59,679 bases of DNA, filler included, from Nitrospirota bacterium (GCA_016180645.1; 5 parts of 5 records of this genome joined end to end with filler, not necessarily neighbours in it); one strand, 5' to 3'; positions 8,001 to 16,685 are shown, counted from the first letter of the whole stretch. Program-made: numbers and translations. The notes: generated by a model from the letters alone, not told the origin.

Positions 8001-10814
8001 TGCACCATCACCGGCGCGGCCACGGACGGCACCGCCTACACCCGCTACGTAGCCTGTATCGACTCCCTCGGCAACGCGAATGACGCGACGAACAACCTCG
8101 CCGTGACTTGGACGAACGACTGGAGCGTCCCCTCCATCTCAATCACCAATGTGGAGGGCGATACCGCCGCCACGTACTACGACATCGTGAACGATACGGA
8201 CACGGATGTCGCGATCTCCATCACGGACGCCTCCGGGACGACCGCCTGCAAGTGGGACACGACGGACATCGCCTACGGCTCAATGGCCAACGCCTGCGCC
8301 TCCACCACCGCCTGCAAGATCACCGGCGCGGCGACGGAGGGGATACCGTATTCCCGATACATCTCGTGCGTAGATGCGGCGGGAAACGCGAACACGGCGG
8401 TGAACAACCTGGACGTAACCTGGACGAACGACTGGACCGTGCCTTCCATTTCGATTGTGAACGTCGAAGGCGACACCGCCGTCGCGTACTACGACACGGT
8501 CAACGACTCGGACACGGATGTCTCCATCTCCGTTACCGATACGTCCGGAACCGCGGCCTGCAAATGGGACACGACGGACATCGCGTATGGCAGCATGGCG
8601 AACTCCTGCGCCTCATCGACCACATGCACCTTCACGGGCGCAGCCGTTGAAGGAAGCGCGTACACCCGGTACGTCGCGTGCATCGACGGTGGGGGAAATG
8701 CCAACGACGGAACGAACAACCTTGCCGTCGCCTGGACTAACGACTGGACCGCCCCCACGGTCACACTGAGCAGCGTCGAAGGGGACACCGCCGCCACGTA
8801 TTACGACACGGTGAACGACTCGAACACGGATGTGGCGATCTCCGCGAGTGACGCCGTCTCAGGCGTCAGTACGTGCAAATGGGACACGGCCGACAACGCC
8901 GCCGGTTCGATGTTCAACACTTGCGCCTCCACGAGCCTCTGCACCATCACGGGGGCGGCAACGGACGGGACGACCTACACACGATACATCGGATGCGTGG
9001 ACGCCGCCGGGAACGGCAACACCACGGCGAATAATTTGGACGTCACGTGGACGAACGATTGGACGGCACCGACTTCTACCATCTCCACCCCAACGAACAA
9101 CGCCAAGCTCGCCGCGCTCACCTCCATCACGGGCACCGGTTCCGATACGACTAGCGGGCTGAACAAAGTCGAAATCACCATTTCAGACGGTCTGAACTAC
9201 TGGAACGGAACGACCTTCGGCGCCCCGATCACATGGCTCCTCGCCGCCGGCACAACATCTTGGAGCTACTCCACTGTGCCCTCGTGGGCCAGCGGCACCA
9301 GCTACACGGTTCAATCGAAGGCTACGGACAACACCTCGAATGCAGAAACGCCCGGTGCCGGGAACAGCTTTACCTTTGACTCCACCGCCCCCACGTTCGG
9401 TGGGGCAGTGAAGGCCGAAGCCGGCGGTCTGCCGATCACCATTTCATGGTCCGCAGGGTCAGACACAGTGACGACCGCTCCAAACCTGGTCTACAAGATT
9501 TGCCAGACGACGACCGCAGGCGGCTGCTCGGCATTCGCCACCACGTACACCACCAGTGCCGGTGCGACTAGCTACGCCACCGCGCCGCTCACGAAGAATA
9601 CCACCTACTATTTCGTCGTCCGCGCCCAGGATGAAGCGGGCAATACGGAATCCAACACGGTCGAAAAAGCCGACGTCGCCGGCGGAAACGTCTGGGTGAG
9701 CAAGACGGCCATGACCACGGCAAGATACGATCTCGCGGCGGTGGCTGTGAACGGCAAGATTTACGCCATCGGCGGATGCATCGCATGTACCCCCGTTGCG
9801 ACGAACGAGGAGTACGACCCGGTGGCGAATACGTGGGCGACGAAGACTGCCATGACCACGGCAAGATCGGCCATTGCGGCGGCTGCCGTGAACGGGAAGA
9901 TCTACGCCATCGGTGGTTGCAACAACGCCCCTTGCTCCCCCGTGGTTGCGACGAACGAGGAATACGACCCGGTGGCGAACACGTGGGCGACGAAGACTGC
10001 CATGACCACGGCCAGACAGGCGTCCGCGGCGGCAGCCGTGAACGGCAGGATTTACGTCATCGGGGGATACAACGCGGGTTCCCTTGCGACGAACGAGGAG
10101 TACGACCCGGTGGCGAACACATGGGCGACCAAGACCGCCATGACCACGGCAAGGCGCACTCACAAGGCGGTGGCCGTGAACGGCAGGATTTACGTCATCG
10201 GGGGTGCCGTCGGCCCTCTTGCGACGAACGAGGAGTACGACCCGGTGGCGAACACATGGGCGGCGAAGACGGCCATGACCACGGCAAGACAGGAGCTTTC
10301 GGCGGCGGCCGTCAACGGCAGGATTTACGTCATCGGGGGAAGCAACGGGACGACCTATGTTGCGACGAACGAGGAGTACGACCCGGTGGCGAATACGTGG
10401 GCGGCGAAGACGGCCATGACCACGGCAAGACGGATGCCCGCGGCGGCCACAGTGAACGGCAGGATTTACGTCATCGGGGGAGGCAACGGGGGGGGTAATC
10501 TTGCGACGAACGAGGAGTACGACCCCGTGGCGAATACGTGGGCGACGAAGACCGCCATGACCACGGCAAGAGAGTCGCCCGCTGCGGCGGCCGTATGCGG
10601 CAGGATTTGCGTCCTCGGGGGATTCAACGGGAGCTATCTTGCGACGAACGAGGAGTACGATCCCGTGGCGAATACGTGGGCGACGAAGACGGCCATGACC
10701 GTGGCAAGATACTATCACGCGGCGGCGGTGGTGAACGGCAGGATTTACGTCGTCGGGGGAGGCAACCCGGGCGCTCTTGCGACGAACGAAGTCTACGCGC
10801 CTCCGATTCCGTAA
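5055..10814 (+). CDS. giant lipoprotein: Ig-like (Big) domains, five 4-Cys repeats, FN3 domain, C-terminal Kelch propeller
   Basis: lipobox-like FATSC; D..GN / DTTPP Ig motifs; YYFVVRAQDEAGN; eight Kelch blades (GRIYVIGG...EEYDP...W). Confidence 0.88.
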   Translation: MERNMFKRVRGLGIAVTLTLFATSCQKSSTGTGAATTTVPEDGIPMTVAIPLTPEQATALTGISEMSRIDELSRTDEMSRVDELSRVDEGIRGVALDIEVDGQAIGQGIRGSLKSGVRGGIRGVEQSGVRGAEAGGIRGSPRRQADEPLFVFEATFSFPIHLARDGDQSVRTKMRSTENPNVEFLTVTTQVEVKPTSDGGVATQVAVSDNAINLSQVDLKDSGDGVSVLTKVLVAGVDAALDPSTKVDEASVKAVYEQYAQKLEQTMLAQGYSVTVDVSHVDLTPPDTFVSREPSAVNSVVFKFTCNETYCTYRCSLEGSTFAPCLSPFTPAPAPGERTLRVAASDKLGNTDQTPASVTFYSDTTPPEAISITIENGAEFINRTLVNAAVKATDDNPMEMLLAQDTGLFEVKTVIWVPYAEQTKFSMPTGDGKKTVYVQFRDKAGNRSKIISDDIILDTKPPDTTVTCPPSLTNANTASIAFACTNNSPSPLAGEGGGEGCSFLCQLDTGTAAPCTNPVAAANLAEGAHAFEVKARDKAGNIDTTSATCSWVVDTTPPDTAISTAPASATNSTSASFSFTSPDTGAAFECELDTAGFAACVTPKAYTGLAAGSHTFKVRARDAAGNVDATPATHTWTIDLTPPTVAISSQPSAVSNATSATFTFTCNESSCTFTCSLNAAAHAACTSPKSYIGLADGSHTFELKATDAVGNTSSAVSYTWTIDATAPSAPVAGNITVTQNAPGTADTIQGPAGSVEGSAIVKVWADALLTSLLGQGTASASGIFGAISIGDNTSATVYITATDAAGNQSSSTSKTNDITPPVLSLTNVEGDGTSPYVDTANDANTDIAISAGEATSCKWDTTDIAYGSMANTCTSTSLCTVTGATTDGTSYTRYISCVDAAGNFNSATNNLDVSWTNDWSPPAISITNIEGDAAATYYDAVNDTNTDIAISPSDSSTVTTCKWDTTDVAYGSMANTCTSTSLCTITGAATDGTAYTRYVACIDSLGNANDATNNLAVTWTNDWSVPSISITNVEGDTAATYYDIVNDTDTDVAISITDASGTTACKWDTTDIAYGSMANACASTTACKITGAATEGIPYSRYISCVDAAGNANTAVNNLDVTWTNDWTVPSISIVNVEGDTAVAYYDTVNDSDTDVSISVTDTSGTAACKWDTTDIAYGSMANSCASSTTCTFTGAAVEGSAYTRYVACIDGGGNANDGTNNLAVAWTNDWTAPTVTLSSVEGDTAATYYDTVNDSNTDVAISASDAVSGVSTCKWDTADNAAGSMFNTCASTSLCTITGAATDGTTYTRYIGCVDAAGNGNTTANNLDVTWTNDWTAPTSTISTPTNNAKLAALTSITGTGSDTTSGLNKVEITISDGLNYWNGTTFGAPITWLLAAGTTSWSYSTVPSWASGTSYTVQSKATDNTSNAETPGAGNSFTFDSTAPTFGGAVKAEAGGLPITISWSAGSDTVTTAPNLVYKICQTTTAGGCSAFATTYTTSAGATSYATAPLTKNTTYYFVVRAQDEAGNTESNTVEKADVAGGNVWVSKTAMTTARYDLAAVAVNGKIYAIGGCIACTPVATNEEYDPVANTWATKTAMTTARSAIAAAAVNGKIYAIGGCNNAPCSPVVATNEEYDPVANTWATKTAMTTARQASAAAAVNGRIYVIGGYNAGSLATNEEYDPVANTWATKTAMTTARRTHKAVAVNGRIYVIGGAVGPLATNEEYDPVANTWAAKTAMTTARQELSAAAVNGRIYVIGGSNGTTYVATNEEYDPVANTWAAKTAMTTARRMPAAATVNGRIYVIGGGNGGGNLATNEEYDPVANTWATKTAMTTARESPAAAAVCGRICVLGGFNGSYLATNEEYDPVANTWATKTAMTVARYYHAAAVVNGRIYVVGGGNPGALATNEVYAPPIP
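6516..6554. repeat. palindromic repeat inserted in frame within the CDS
   Basis: CCCTCTCCC-CTTGC-GGGAGAGGG hairpin plus GGGGGTGAGGGG tail; related intergenic copies near 29857-29895 and 30695-30755. Confidence 0.7.
9693..10797 (+). repeat. eight tandem ~135-150 bp Kelch-coding repeats
   Basis: near-identical GCGACGAACGAGGAGTACGACCCGGTGGCGAAYACRTGGGCG framework in each unit. Confidence 0.9.
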
Positions 10815-10888
10815 CCTGTAGCATCGTCACACCTGCGCGCTCGTTTCCGAGAGCAGCATGGCCGAAGAGCTTGGGGACGCATAAAAGA

Positions 10889-10999
10889 GTACTTTCTGCC
10901 AGCACGGTGAAATGCTGGGGATCGAACAGTAATGGCCAACTCGGCGACGGAACGACCGTCAACCGCCTCACGCCCATCCAGGTGCAGAATCTTCCCTGA
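10889..10999 (+). pseudogene. orphan RCC1-repeat C-terminal gene fragment
   Basis: VLSASTVKCWGSNSNGQLGDGTTVNRLTPIQV* with no own start or N-terminal part. Confidence 0.8.
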
Positions 11000-11071
11000 G
11001 AAGTCCGCACGGCACCGCCGCTCTCAAATACGCTGTTATTTCGGTTCAGGCGCTGCTCCGGACCCGACCTG

Positions 11072-11097
11072 CCGAATAGATAGGTAAACGGAAGTCT
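11072..11097 (+). repeat. 26-bp direct repeat, copy 2
   Basis: 24/26 identical to 705-730. Confidence 0.75.
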
Positions 11098-11288
11098 CGC
11101 TCGCCGACGAAACGTTCTCCTTAGGGGATCCAGCTCCCCGGCGCTCTCCTGGCACACGCTGGGTGAGGGAGCGATGAGCGAAGGACCGGTGTGCGGCCTC
11201 ACAGCCTTTGTCCCAGTTGGCTCTTGAAAAAGGGTAACAGTTTCGGTCCCTCGATTTTGAGAAGCCCGCGGTTGATGAGGGCACAGGT

Positions 11289-11388
11289 NNNNNNNNNNNN
11301 NNNNNNNNNNNNNNNNNNNNNNNNNNNNNNNNTTAATTAATTAANNNNNNNNNNNNNNNNNNNNNNNNNNNNNNNNNNNNNNNNNNNN
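11289..11388. other. artificial contig linker
   Basis: N-run with TTAATTAATTAA (stops in all frames). Confidence 0.98.
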
Positions 11389-11653
11389 AAGACTCGAAAG
11401 ACATTTCTCTCTCCGGCGTTCACGTGCAACATTCGACGTTCCATCAGCCCCCGCCATGCCATGCGATTAACACACACACACACACAGGGAATGTCAAGCA
11501 CCCGCCGGAATGTAATCAAATGGGCATGGGGTCATGTGGTCAATTGAAGGAAACCAGCGCCCCGATCATGGACCGCGAATCAAGGTCGCAAGAAACTGCA
11601 CCTTCCTGGAGCAAGCACACTTTCGTGAGTTGTAAGTGCGTCTACCAGAATGC

Positions 11654-11755
11654 GTAGGGGAGGGTCTTCAGACCCTCCCGACAAGAGGGAGCATCTGAAG
11701 ATGCTCCCCTACGAATCGGCATTCTTGCCGGGAGGGTCTGAAGACCCTCCCCTAC
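11654..11755. repeat. GTAG-type REP/REPIN-like palindromic cluster
   Basis: GTAG-GGGAGGGTCTTCAGACCCTCCC...GGGAGCATCTGAAGATGCTCCC-CTAC; near-identical copy at 12909-12967. Confidence 0.8.
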
Positions 11756-11906
11756 TTTCGTGAGTCGCCAGTCGTGAGTCGTGAGTCGAAACCCCAAGCA
11801 GGAATGTGATCATGTCATCATGTGCCCAAGGGAAGGAACTCAGCACGCAGATGCCCGTGGCGGATCCGCCAATCGATCATTTGCAAGGGGCGCTGTTGTG
11901 AGATAG

Positions 11907-12713
11907 ATGGAACGCATGAAAGAAACAGCCGGCGGCAAATGGGCGCTTGTGTTGGGCGCATCCAGCGGGTTCGGGGCGGCGTGCTCCGTGGCGCTCGCGA
12001 AAGGCGGATTCAACATCTTCGGAGTCCACTTGGACAGAAAATCCACCATGGACCAGGTTGAGAAGGTCATCGAATCGGTGAAGTCCACGGGGCGTGAGGT
12101 TGTTTTTTTCAACAAGAACGCCGCCGACGAAGAAGCGCGAAACGCGGTTCTCGATGAAATGCACAAGGCTCTGAATGGAGAGCCCGGCGTGGCCGTTCTT
12201 CTCCATTCCCTCGCCTTCGGAACGCTCCGCCCTTACCTCGCGGAAAAGACCGCGGATTCCGTATCCAAGGCCCAATTGGAAATGACGATGGACGTGATGG
12301 CGAACAGCCTCGTCTACTGGGCGCAGGGCCTTTTCAATCGCCGGCTCCTGGCCCGAGGCGGCCGCATATTCGCCATGACGAGCGCAGGCGACGAACGCGT
12401 GTGGGCCACCTACGGGCCGGTCTCAGCAGCCAAGGCCGCCCTGGAAGCCCACATCCGGCAGCTCTCGGTCGAACTCGCGCCGCATGGAGTGACGGCCAAC
12501 GCCATTCGCGCGGGCGTAACGGACACCCCGGCCCTTCGCAAGATTCCCGGCAACGACCGGATGATCGAAATGGCCCGTTCGAAGAATCCCTACCGGCGAC
12601 TCACCACAACCGAAGACGTTGCCGGCGCGATCGTGAACCTGTGCTCGGAAGGCTGCGGCTGGATCACGGGTAACGTGATCAACGTGGATGGCGGAGAGTT
12701 TATTGTCGACTGA
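11907..12713 (+). CDS. SDR-family enoyl-ACP reductase (FabL/FabI-like)
   Basis: LGASSGFG Rossmann motif, YGPVSAAKAALE, ANAIRAGVTDTPAL, WITGNVINVDGG. Confidence 0.88.
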   Translation: MERMKETAGGKWALVLGASSGFGAACSVALAKGGFNIFGVHLDRKSTMDQVEKVIESVKSTGREVVFFNKNAADEEARNAVLDEMHKALNGEPGVAVLLHSLAFGTLRPYLAEKTADSVSKAQLEMTMDVMANSLVYWAQGLFNRRLLARGGRIFAMTSAGDERVWATYGPVSAAKAALEAHIRQLSVELAPHGVTANAIRAGVTDTPALRKIPGNDRMIEMARSKNPYRRLTTTEDVAGAIVNLCSEGCGWITGNVINVDGGEFIVD

Positions 12714-12908
12714 ACAGCCGTCAGCGATCAGCGATCAGCCGCCGGATGGGGATGGCTTCGCTTCGCCCGCAATAACCGGCGGGGTGTCATCGCGAGGCTC
12801 CGCCAGCCGGCGGAGACGAGGCAATCTCACTTGCTGACCGCTGATAGCTGGAAGCTTTTTTAGCTCGACTTTTGCCATTTTTTGAGAGGTTTATGTTGGT
12901 CATTATGC

Positions 12909-12967
12909 GTAGGGGAGGGTCTTCAGACCCTCCCGACAAGAGGGAGCATCTGAAAATGCTCCCCTCC
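12909..12967. repeat. GTAG-type REP-like repeat, copy 2
   Basis: near-identical to 11654-11712; lies between convergent genes. Confidence 0.8.
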
Positions 12968-12991
12968 GAATCTGCATTCTGTTAGAGGCTC

Positions 12992-13462
12992 TTATTTCTT
13001 CCCCGCTTCCTTCCGCTTCAGCGTAAACCCGGTCTTCTCTCCTGCCGAGGACTTCGCGCCCGTCAACGGTAGATCCACGACCCTCTCTTCGTCGGCCACA
13101 ACCACCTTTTCGCGCGCAATCTCGACCACTCGCCTGCCGTGGATCAGGTCGCCCGGTCGCACCACCTGCCCTTCCACCACGGCCATCGAACGGCTCGGAT
13201 CGCGCGCGTTGAAGAAGATCGCCGAGACCACGTCCGGCAGTCCCGGCTGCGTTCGCGGTCCCGTCTCGTGTTCCGAAAACGGATCCCTTCCCCAAGGGAG
13301 CACCGGCATGGGATTCAAGCGCACATGCGAATCGACATCCGAAAGAGGAGCGGCGAGCGCCAAAGGCGCCGTGAATCGTGAACCGTGAACCGTGAATAGA
13401 AAGACGAAAAGCGCCGGGATTCCGGACCGCCAGGAACCAGGAACCAGATACCTCCACTTCAC
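12992..13462 (-). CDS. PilP/GspC/MshK-like pilus assembly protein
   Basis: WGRDPF, SAIFF...AVVEGQVVRPGD.I.G..V..I; last gene of the pilMNO run. Confidence 0.7.
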   Translation of the reverse strand: MKWRYLVPGSWRSGIPALFVFLFTVHGSRFTAPLALAAPLSDVDSHVRLNPMPVLPWGRDPFSEHETGPRTQPGLPDVVSAIFFNARDPSRSMAVVEGQVVRPGDLIHGRRVVEIAREKVVVADEERVVDLPLTGAKSSAGEKTGFTLKRKEAGKK

Positions 13463-14019
13463 TTCAGCATCTTCCCCTTTGCCGTCATGCTGATCGAGAG
13501 ATCCGGCTCACCCGGCTTGGAAGCGACCATTTGCAGGCCCTGGATTTCGAGCACGATCGGCAACGTTTCCACGCGTTCGATGAACTGGCCAAACTCCTTG
13601 TACGTGCAGAGAACGTTGAGCTGGAACGGAATCTCCACACTGTCGCTCAATTCCCGCGGCTGCGACGGCCTGAACTCCACAAAATTGACCGGCCCCCGCA
13701 CGTCATCCCGCGTCATGACCTCCATGAGCTGCGAGAGCCGCATTTCCTTGGGGAGTTTCTGCCGCGACATCTCCACCTGCGCGCGAAGCTCCTCCAGTTG
13801 CTTCCGCGCCTGCGCCACCACCTCTTCGGAGGCCGCGCCGCCCCTGGCGAGGATTTCCATCTGGGCCGCCTGCGATCGCAGACTCGTCAGATCTCCGTCC
13901 ATCGCGATGATCGCCGCGCTCCTCACGCGATATAGACGCTCGTAAAATGCATACGTGCCCATCCCCAGGATGGCCAGAAGCATCGCCCACTGCCGGTATT
14001 TCTCGAGCTTCTCCCGCAC
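13459..14019 (-). CDS. pilO: type IV pilus assembly protein PilO
   Basis: N-terminal TM, coiled coil, KLP, EIPFQLNV..TY.EFGQFIERVE.LP. Confidence 0.8.
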   Translation of the reverse strand: MREKLEKYRQWAMLLAILGMGTYAFYERLYRVRSAAIIAMDGDLTSLRSQAAQMEILARGGAASEEVVAQARKQLEELRAQVEMSRQKLPKEMRLSQLMEVMTRDDVRGPVNFVEFRPSQPRELSDSVEIPFQLNVLCTYKEFGQFIERVETLPIVLEIQGLQMVASKPGEPDLSISMTAKGKMLK

Positions 14020-14028
14020 TCCCGAGCT

Positions 14029-14604
14029 CTATCGTTTCAGGTCCGCCGTAATCTCGAATTCCTGGAGCGACTCCCCGGCGCCCGCCGACTCCCGGCTGAA
14101 ATTCAGAAAGATGTTCTTGAAAAACCGGGATCGCTCCAAGGCCAGAATAAGTCCCGCCACGGCGTGGTTGTAGCGGGCCCTTCCCGTCATCACGAAGGAG
14201 TGAATCGATTCCGTTGCCTCCTTGCCCGATTTGAGTTCGGTCAGCCAGAGCCCGTCGGGCGCGATGAAGCTGAGTTCCCGGAGAACATCGGAAAAGTAGA
14301 ATCGCTCGTCCTGGAAACTGCGGACCCGTTGGAGCTGGCCGTTCAGAGCCTCGGTCTCCCGGTTGATCGCCGCCATCGTGTCTGTGTACTCCTTGAACTT
14401 GCTGCTCCGGCTCGACAGGGAGCCGATCCGCACCTGGAGGTCCGCTTTCTCATGCTTGAGCCGACGGTACGAGCGATCCTGGAAGAAGAAGGCCAGCGCC
14501 AGGATCAGCGCGAAGGTTCCGAAGACCGCCGCAAAAACGAAGTTAAACGGGACCTCAGGCGCTTTGAGTAGCTCCCGAGGGAGGAGGTTGATTCGATCCC
14601 GCAC
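14029..14604 (-). CDS. pilN: PilN-domain fimbrial assembly protein
   Basis: RINLLP start motif, TM, coiled coil, PDGLWLTEL; start set at the GTG before RINLLP. Confidence 0.85.
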   Translation of the reverse strand: MRDRINLLPRELLKAPEVPFNFVFAAVFGTFALILALAFFFQDRSYRRLKHEKADLQVRIGSLSSRSSKFKEYTDTMAAINRETEALNGQLQRVRSFQDERFYFSDVLRELSFIAPDGLWLTELKSGKEATESIHSFVMTGRARYNHAVAGLILALERSRFFKNIFLNFSRESAGAGESLQEFEITADLKR

Positions 14605-15701
14605 TCTTTGATTCCCCTTGTCGCTTGCCCCAGCGCCACGGCGAACACCGGGGACAATTTCTTGAACGCGTTGATTTCCTCGGCCGTTCCCGCCAACGTC
14701 GCCGTCTGCAACGGGTTCATGACCGTGCAATCCAGCCCGAGAAATTCTCCGACCGAGGTGGAGAGACCGGGCAGCAGGGACAACCCTCCGGACAAATACA
14801 CGGCTTCAATTTCGTCTTCCCGGAATTGCATGCGGAAGTAGTCGAGCGTTCGATGGAATTCCGCGCACGCTTCGTCGATCTCCGACCGCAGCGCCTCCGC
14901 CACTCCCTCGGGCGGCGGATCGCCTTCCTGCCGGGCCGCGGCTTCCGGCGCCAGGCCGACCCTTCGAACCAGGTCCTCCGCCGCCGCGACCTCGAGAGTA
15001 AACGCCCGGCCCACCGCTTGGGTGAGATTGGACAGACCGAAGGGAAGACCCCGGGCAAAAACCAGCTTCGGCCCTTTCGCCACGGATACCGTGGTGTTGG
15101 ATCCGCCGAGATCGATCAGCGCGTAGTTCTTCCTCGCCTTGAAGGCGCCCAGGGACCGCCAACATGCGGCCAGTGCCGTCGGCACCGTGTCCACCGCCAT
15201 GGGCACCAGGTCCGCCGCCTGGAGCATTTTGACGTGGTCGTCCACCGCGCGCCGTTCCACCGCGAAGACGACCATCTTCAGCATGCTTCTCTCCCGCAGT
15301 TCGCCGTCCGTCACGAGGTAGTCGAACACAATGTCATCCGTCTGCATCGCCACCTGTTTCTTCAGTTCGAAGCGAACCCCCTCGCGCAACTCCGGTTCCG
15401 GCATCCAAGGAAGGGTGAGGTACGTCACCGTGAGCGAAGGATCCGAGACCACCGAGGATACCGGCGACTTCTGGAGCTGCCGCGCCTTGATCAACTCCTT
15501 CAGGAACCCGGTCAAGGTTTCCATATTGACGACGGATTCTCCCTCCGGGGCCGCGGGTGCCTTGGCATAGACAAGCTCCTCCACGTGAAGTCCGGTCTTG
15601 GTTTCCGCGAGTCGAACCATCTTGAGGTGCGAGCTGCCCAGATCTACACCCAGAAGCCGACCTTTGCCGCGAAGGCGGTCAAGGATGGACCCACCGATCA
15701 C
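14505..15701 (-). CDS. pilM: type IV pilus assembly actin-like ATPase PilM
   Basis: GVDLGSS, IDLGGS.T, YLSGG, FAVALG.A. Confidence 0.9.
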   Translation of the reverse strand: MIGGSILDRLRGKGRLLGVDLGSSHLKMVRLAETKTGLHVEELVYAKAPAAPEGESVVNMETLTGFLKELIKARQLQKSPVSSVVSDPSLTVTYLTLPWMPEPELREGVRFELKKQVAMQTDDIVFDYLVTDGELRERSMLKMVVFAVERRAVDDHVKMLQAADLVPMAVDTVPTALAACWRSLGAFKARKNYALIDLGGSNTTVSVAKGPKLVFARGLPFGLSNLTQAVGRAFTLEVAAAEDLVRRVGLAPEAAARQEGDPPPEGVAEALRSEIDEACAEFHRTLDYFRMQFREDEIEAVYLSGGLSLLPGLSTSVGEFLGLDCTVMNPLQTATLAGTAEEINAFKKLSPVFAVALGQATRGIKECGIESTSSLGSYSKRLRSRLTSFLRRSSEPSR

Positions 15702-15808
15702 GTATCGATTCCTCCCCGCGGCCCGAAACAGGCGGCGCGCGTCACCTTGACACTTCCGTTCGCCGACCTGGAGCGCAGCGGAATGGGCGACGCGTGCGCC
15801 GAACGGGG

Positions 15809-16672
15809 TTACCCGCCCAGCCGGATCCTTCGGTTAAGGCCCTTGAGAATTTCCGGATCGAGGTTTTCCGCGAGGTCCTTGTATTGAGCGTAGTGCCGGC
15901 CGGCTTCCTGCCAGTTTCCTTCCCTCTCCAGCATGATGGCCAGGTTGAGATGGGCGTCCGCGTAGCGCGAATTGGCCGCGATGGCCTGATTGAAGAGGGC
16001 TTTGGCCTGCTCACTCTGCCCCATCTGCATCCACACCACCGCCAGGTTGTTCATGCACTCTACGCAGCCGGGATCGATCTCGATGGCCCGCTTGTAGTGG
16101 GTTTGCGCGTCAGACAGCCGCCCAAGCATCTTGAGCGTCAGGCCCACGTTGCTGTTGTACTCCCCCGATGTGGGATCACGCTTCAGGGCCTCCAGGAACT
16201 TGTCCCGGGCGCCCTCATAGTCCGCCTTCGCGAAAAGCGCCTTGCCCTCGTCGTTATACATTCCGGCCACCTTCACCTGCACCGGATCGGCATGGAAAGC
16301 CTGCGACCCACCCGCCCCCGGCGTCTCGCCTCTTTCCGGCTGCACGTCCTGGAGGTTCTTGGGCATCGGCACACCCAGCTTCTCGGGTGTGTCTCCAATG
16401 CCGGGCGCCAATTCGTATTTCGGCGTCTTCACGACGCCGATCTTGATCATCAACTCGGTGAACGCATCGCCTCGGATGAACCATGCGAGCAGCCCCGTGA
16501 TCACAATGGCGATCAGGAGAACCACCACCCGGACGTTGATCTGGCCCCGGCGGCGCCCATCCGCCTGCGGAGGCGGCCCTCCGCGCGCAGCTTGGCGCGA
16601 CATCGCCAAGGACGGAGGATTCTCCGCCGCCTGGCGATCAATTTTCTTGAGCGATCTGTGGATAATGCTCAT
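15809..16672 (-). CDS. membrane-anchored TPR protein (GspB/MshN-like position)
   Basis: MSIIHRSLKK start, TM segment, four TPR repeats. Confidence 0.8.
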   Translation of the reverse strand: MSIIHRSLKKIDRQAAENPPSLAMSRQAARGGPPPQADGRRRGQINVRVVVLLIAIVITGLLAWFIRGDAFTELMIKIGVVKTPKYELAPGIGDTPEKLGVPMPKNLQDVQPERGETPGAGGSQAFHADPVQVKVAGMYNDEGKALFAKADYEGARDKFLEALKRDPTSGEYNSNVGLTLKMLGRLSDAQTHYKRAIEIDPGCVECMNNLAVVWMQMGQSEQAKALFNQAIAANSRYADAHLNLAIMLEREGNWQEAGRHYAQYKDLAENLDPEILKGLNRRIRLGG

Positions 16673-16685
16673 TGCGCCCTCCTTC

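Noticed and set aside
9693-10797. Possible CRISPR array (constant and variable alternation)
   Set aside because: Units are in-frame Kelch blades of ~140 bp within a CDS; no cas genes are present.
11289-11388. TTAATTAATTAA motif inside N-runs (four times)
   Set aside because: Artificial contig linker; ORFs reading through it are artefacts.
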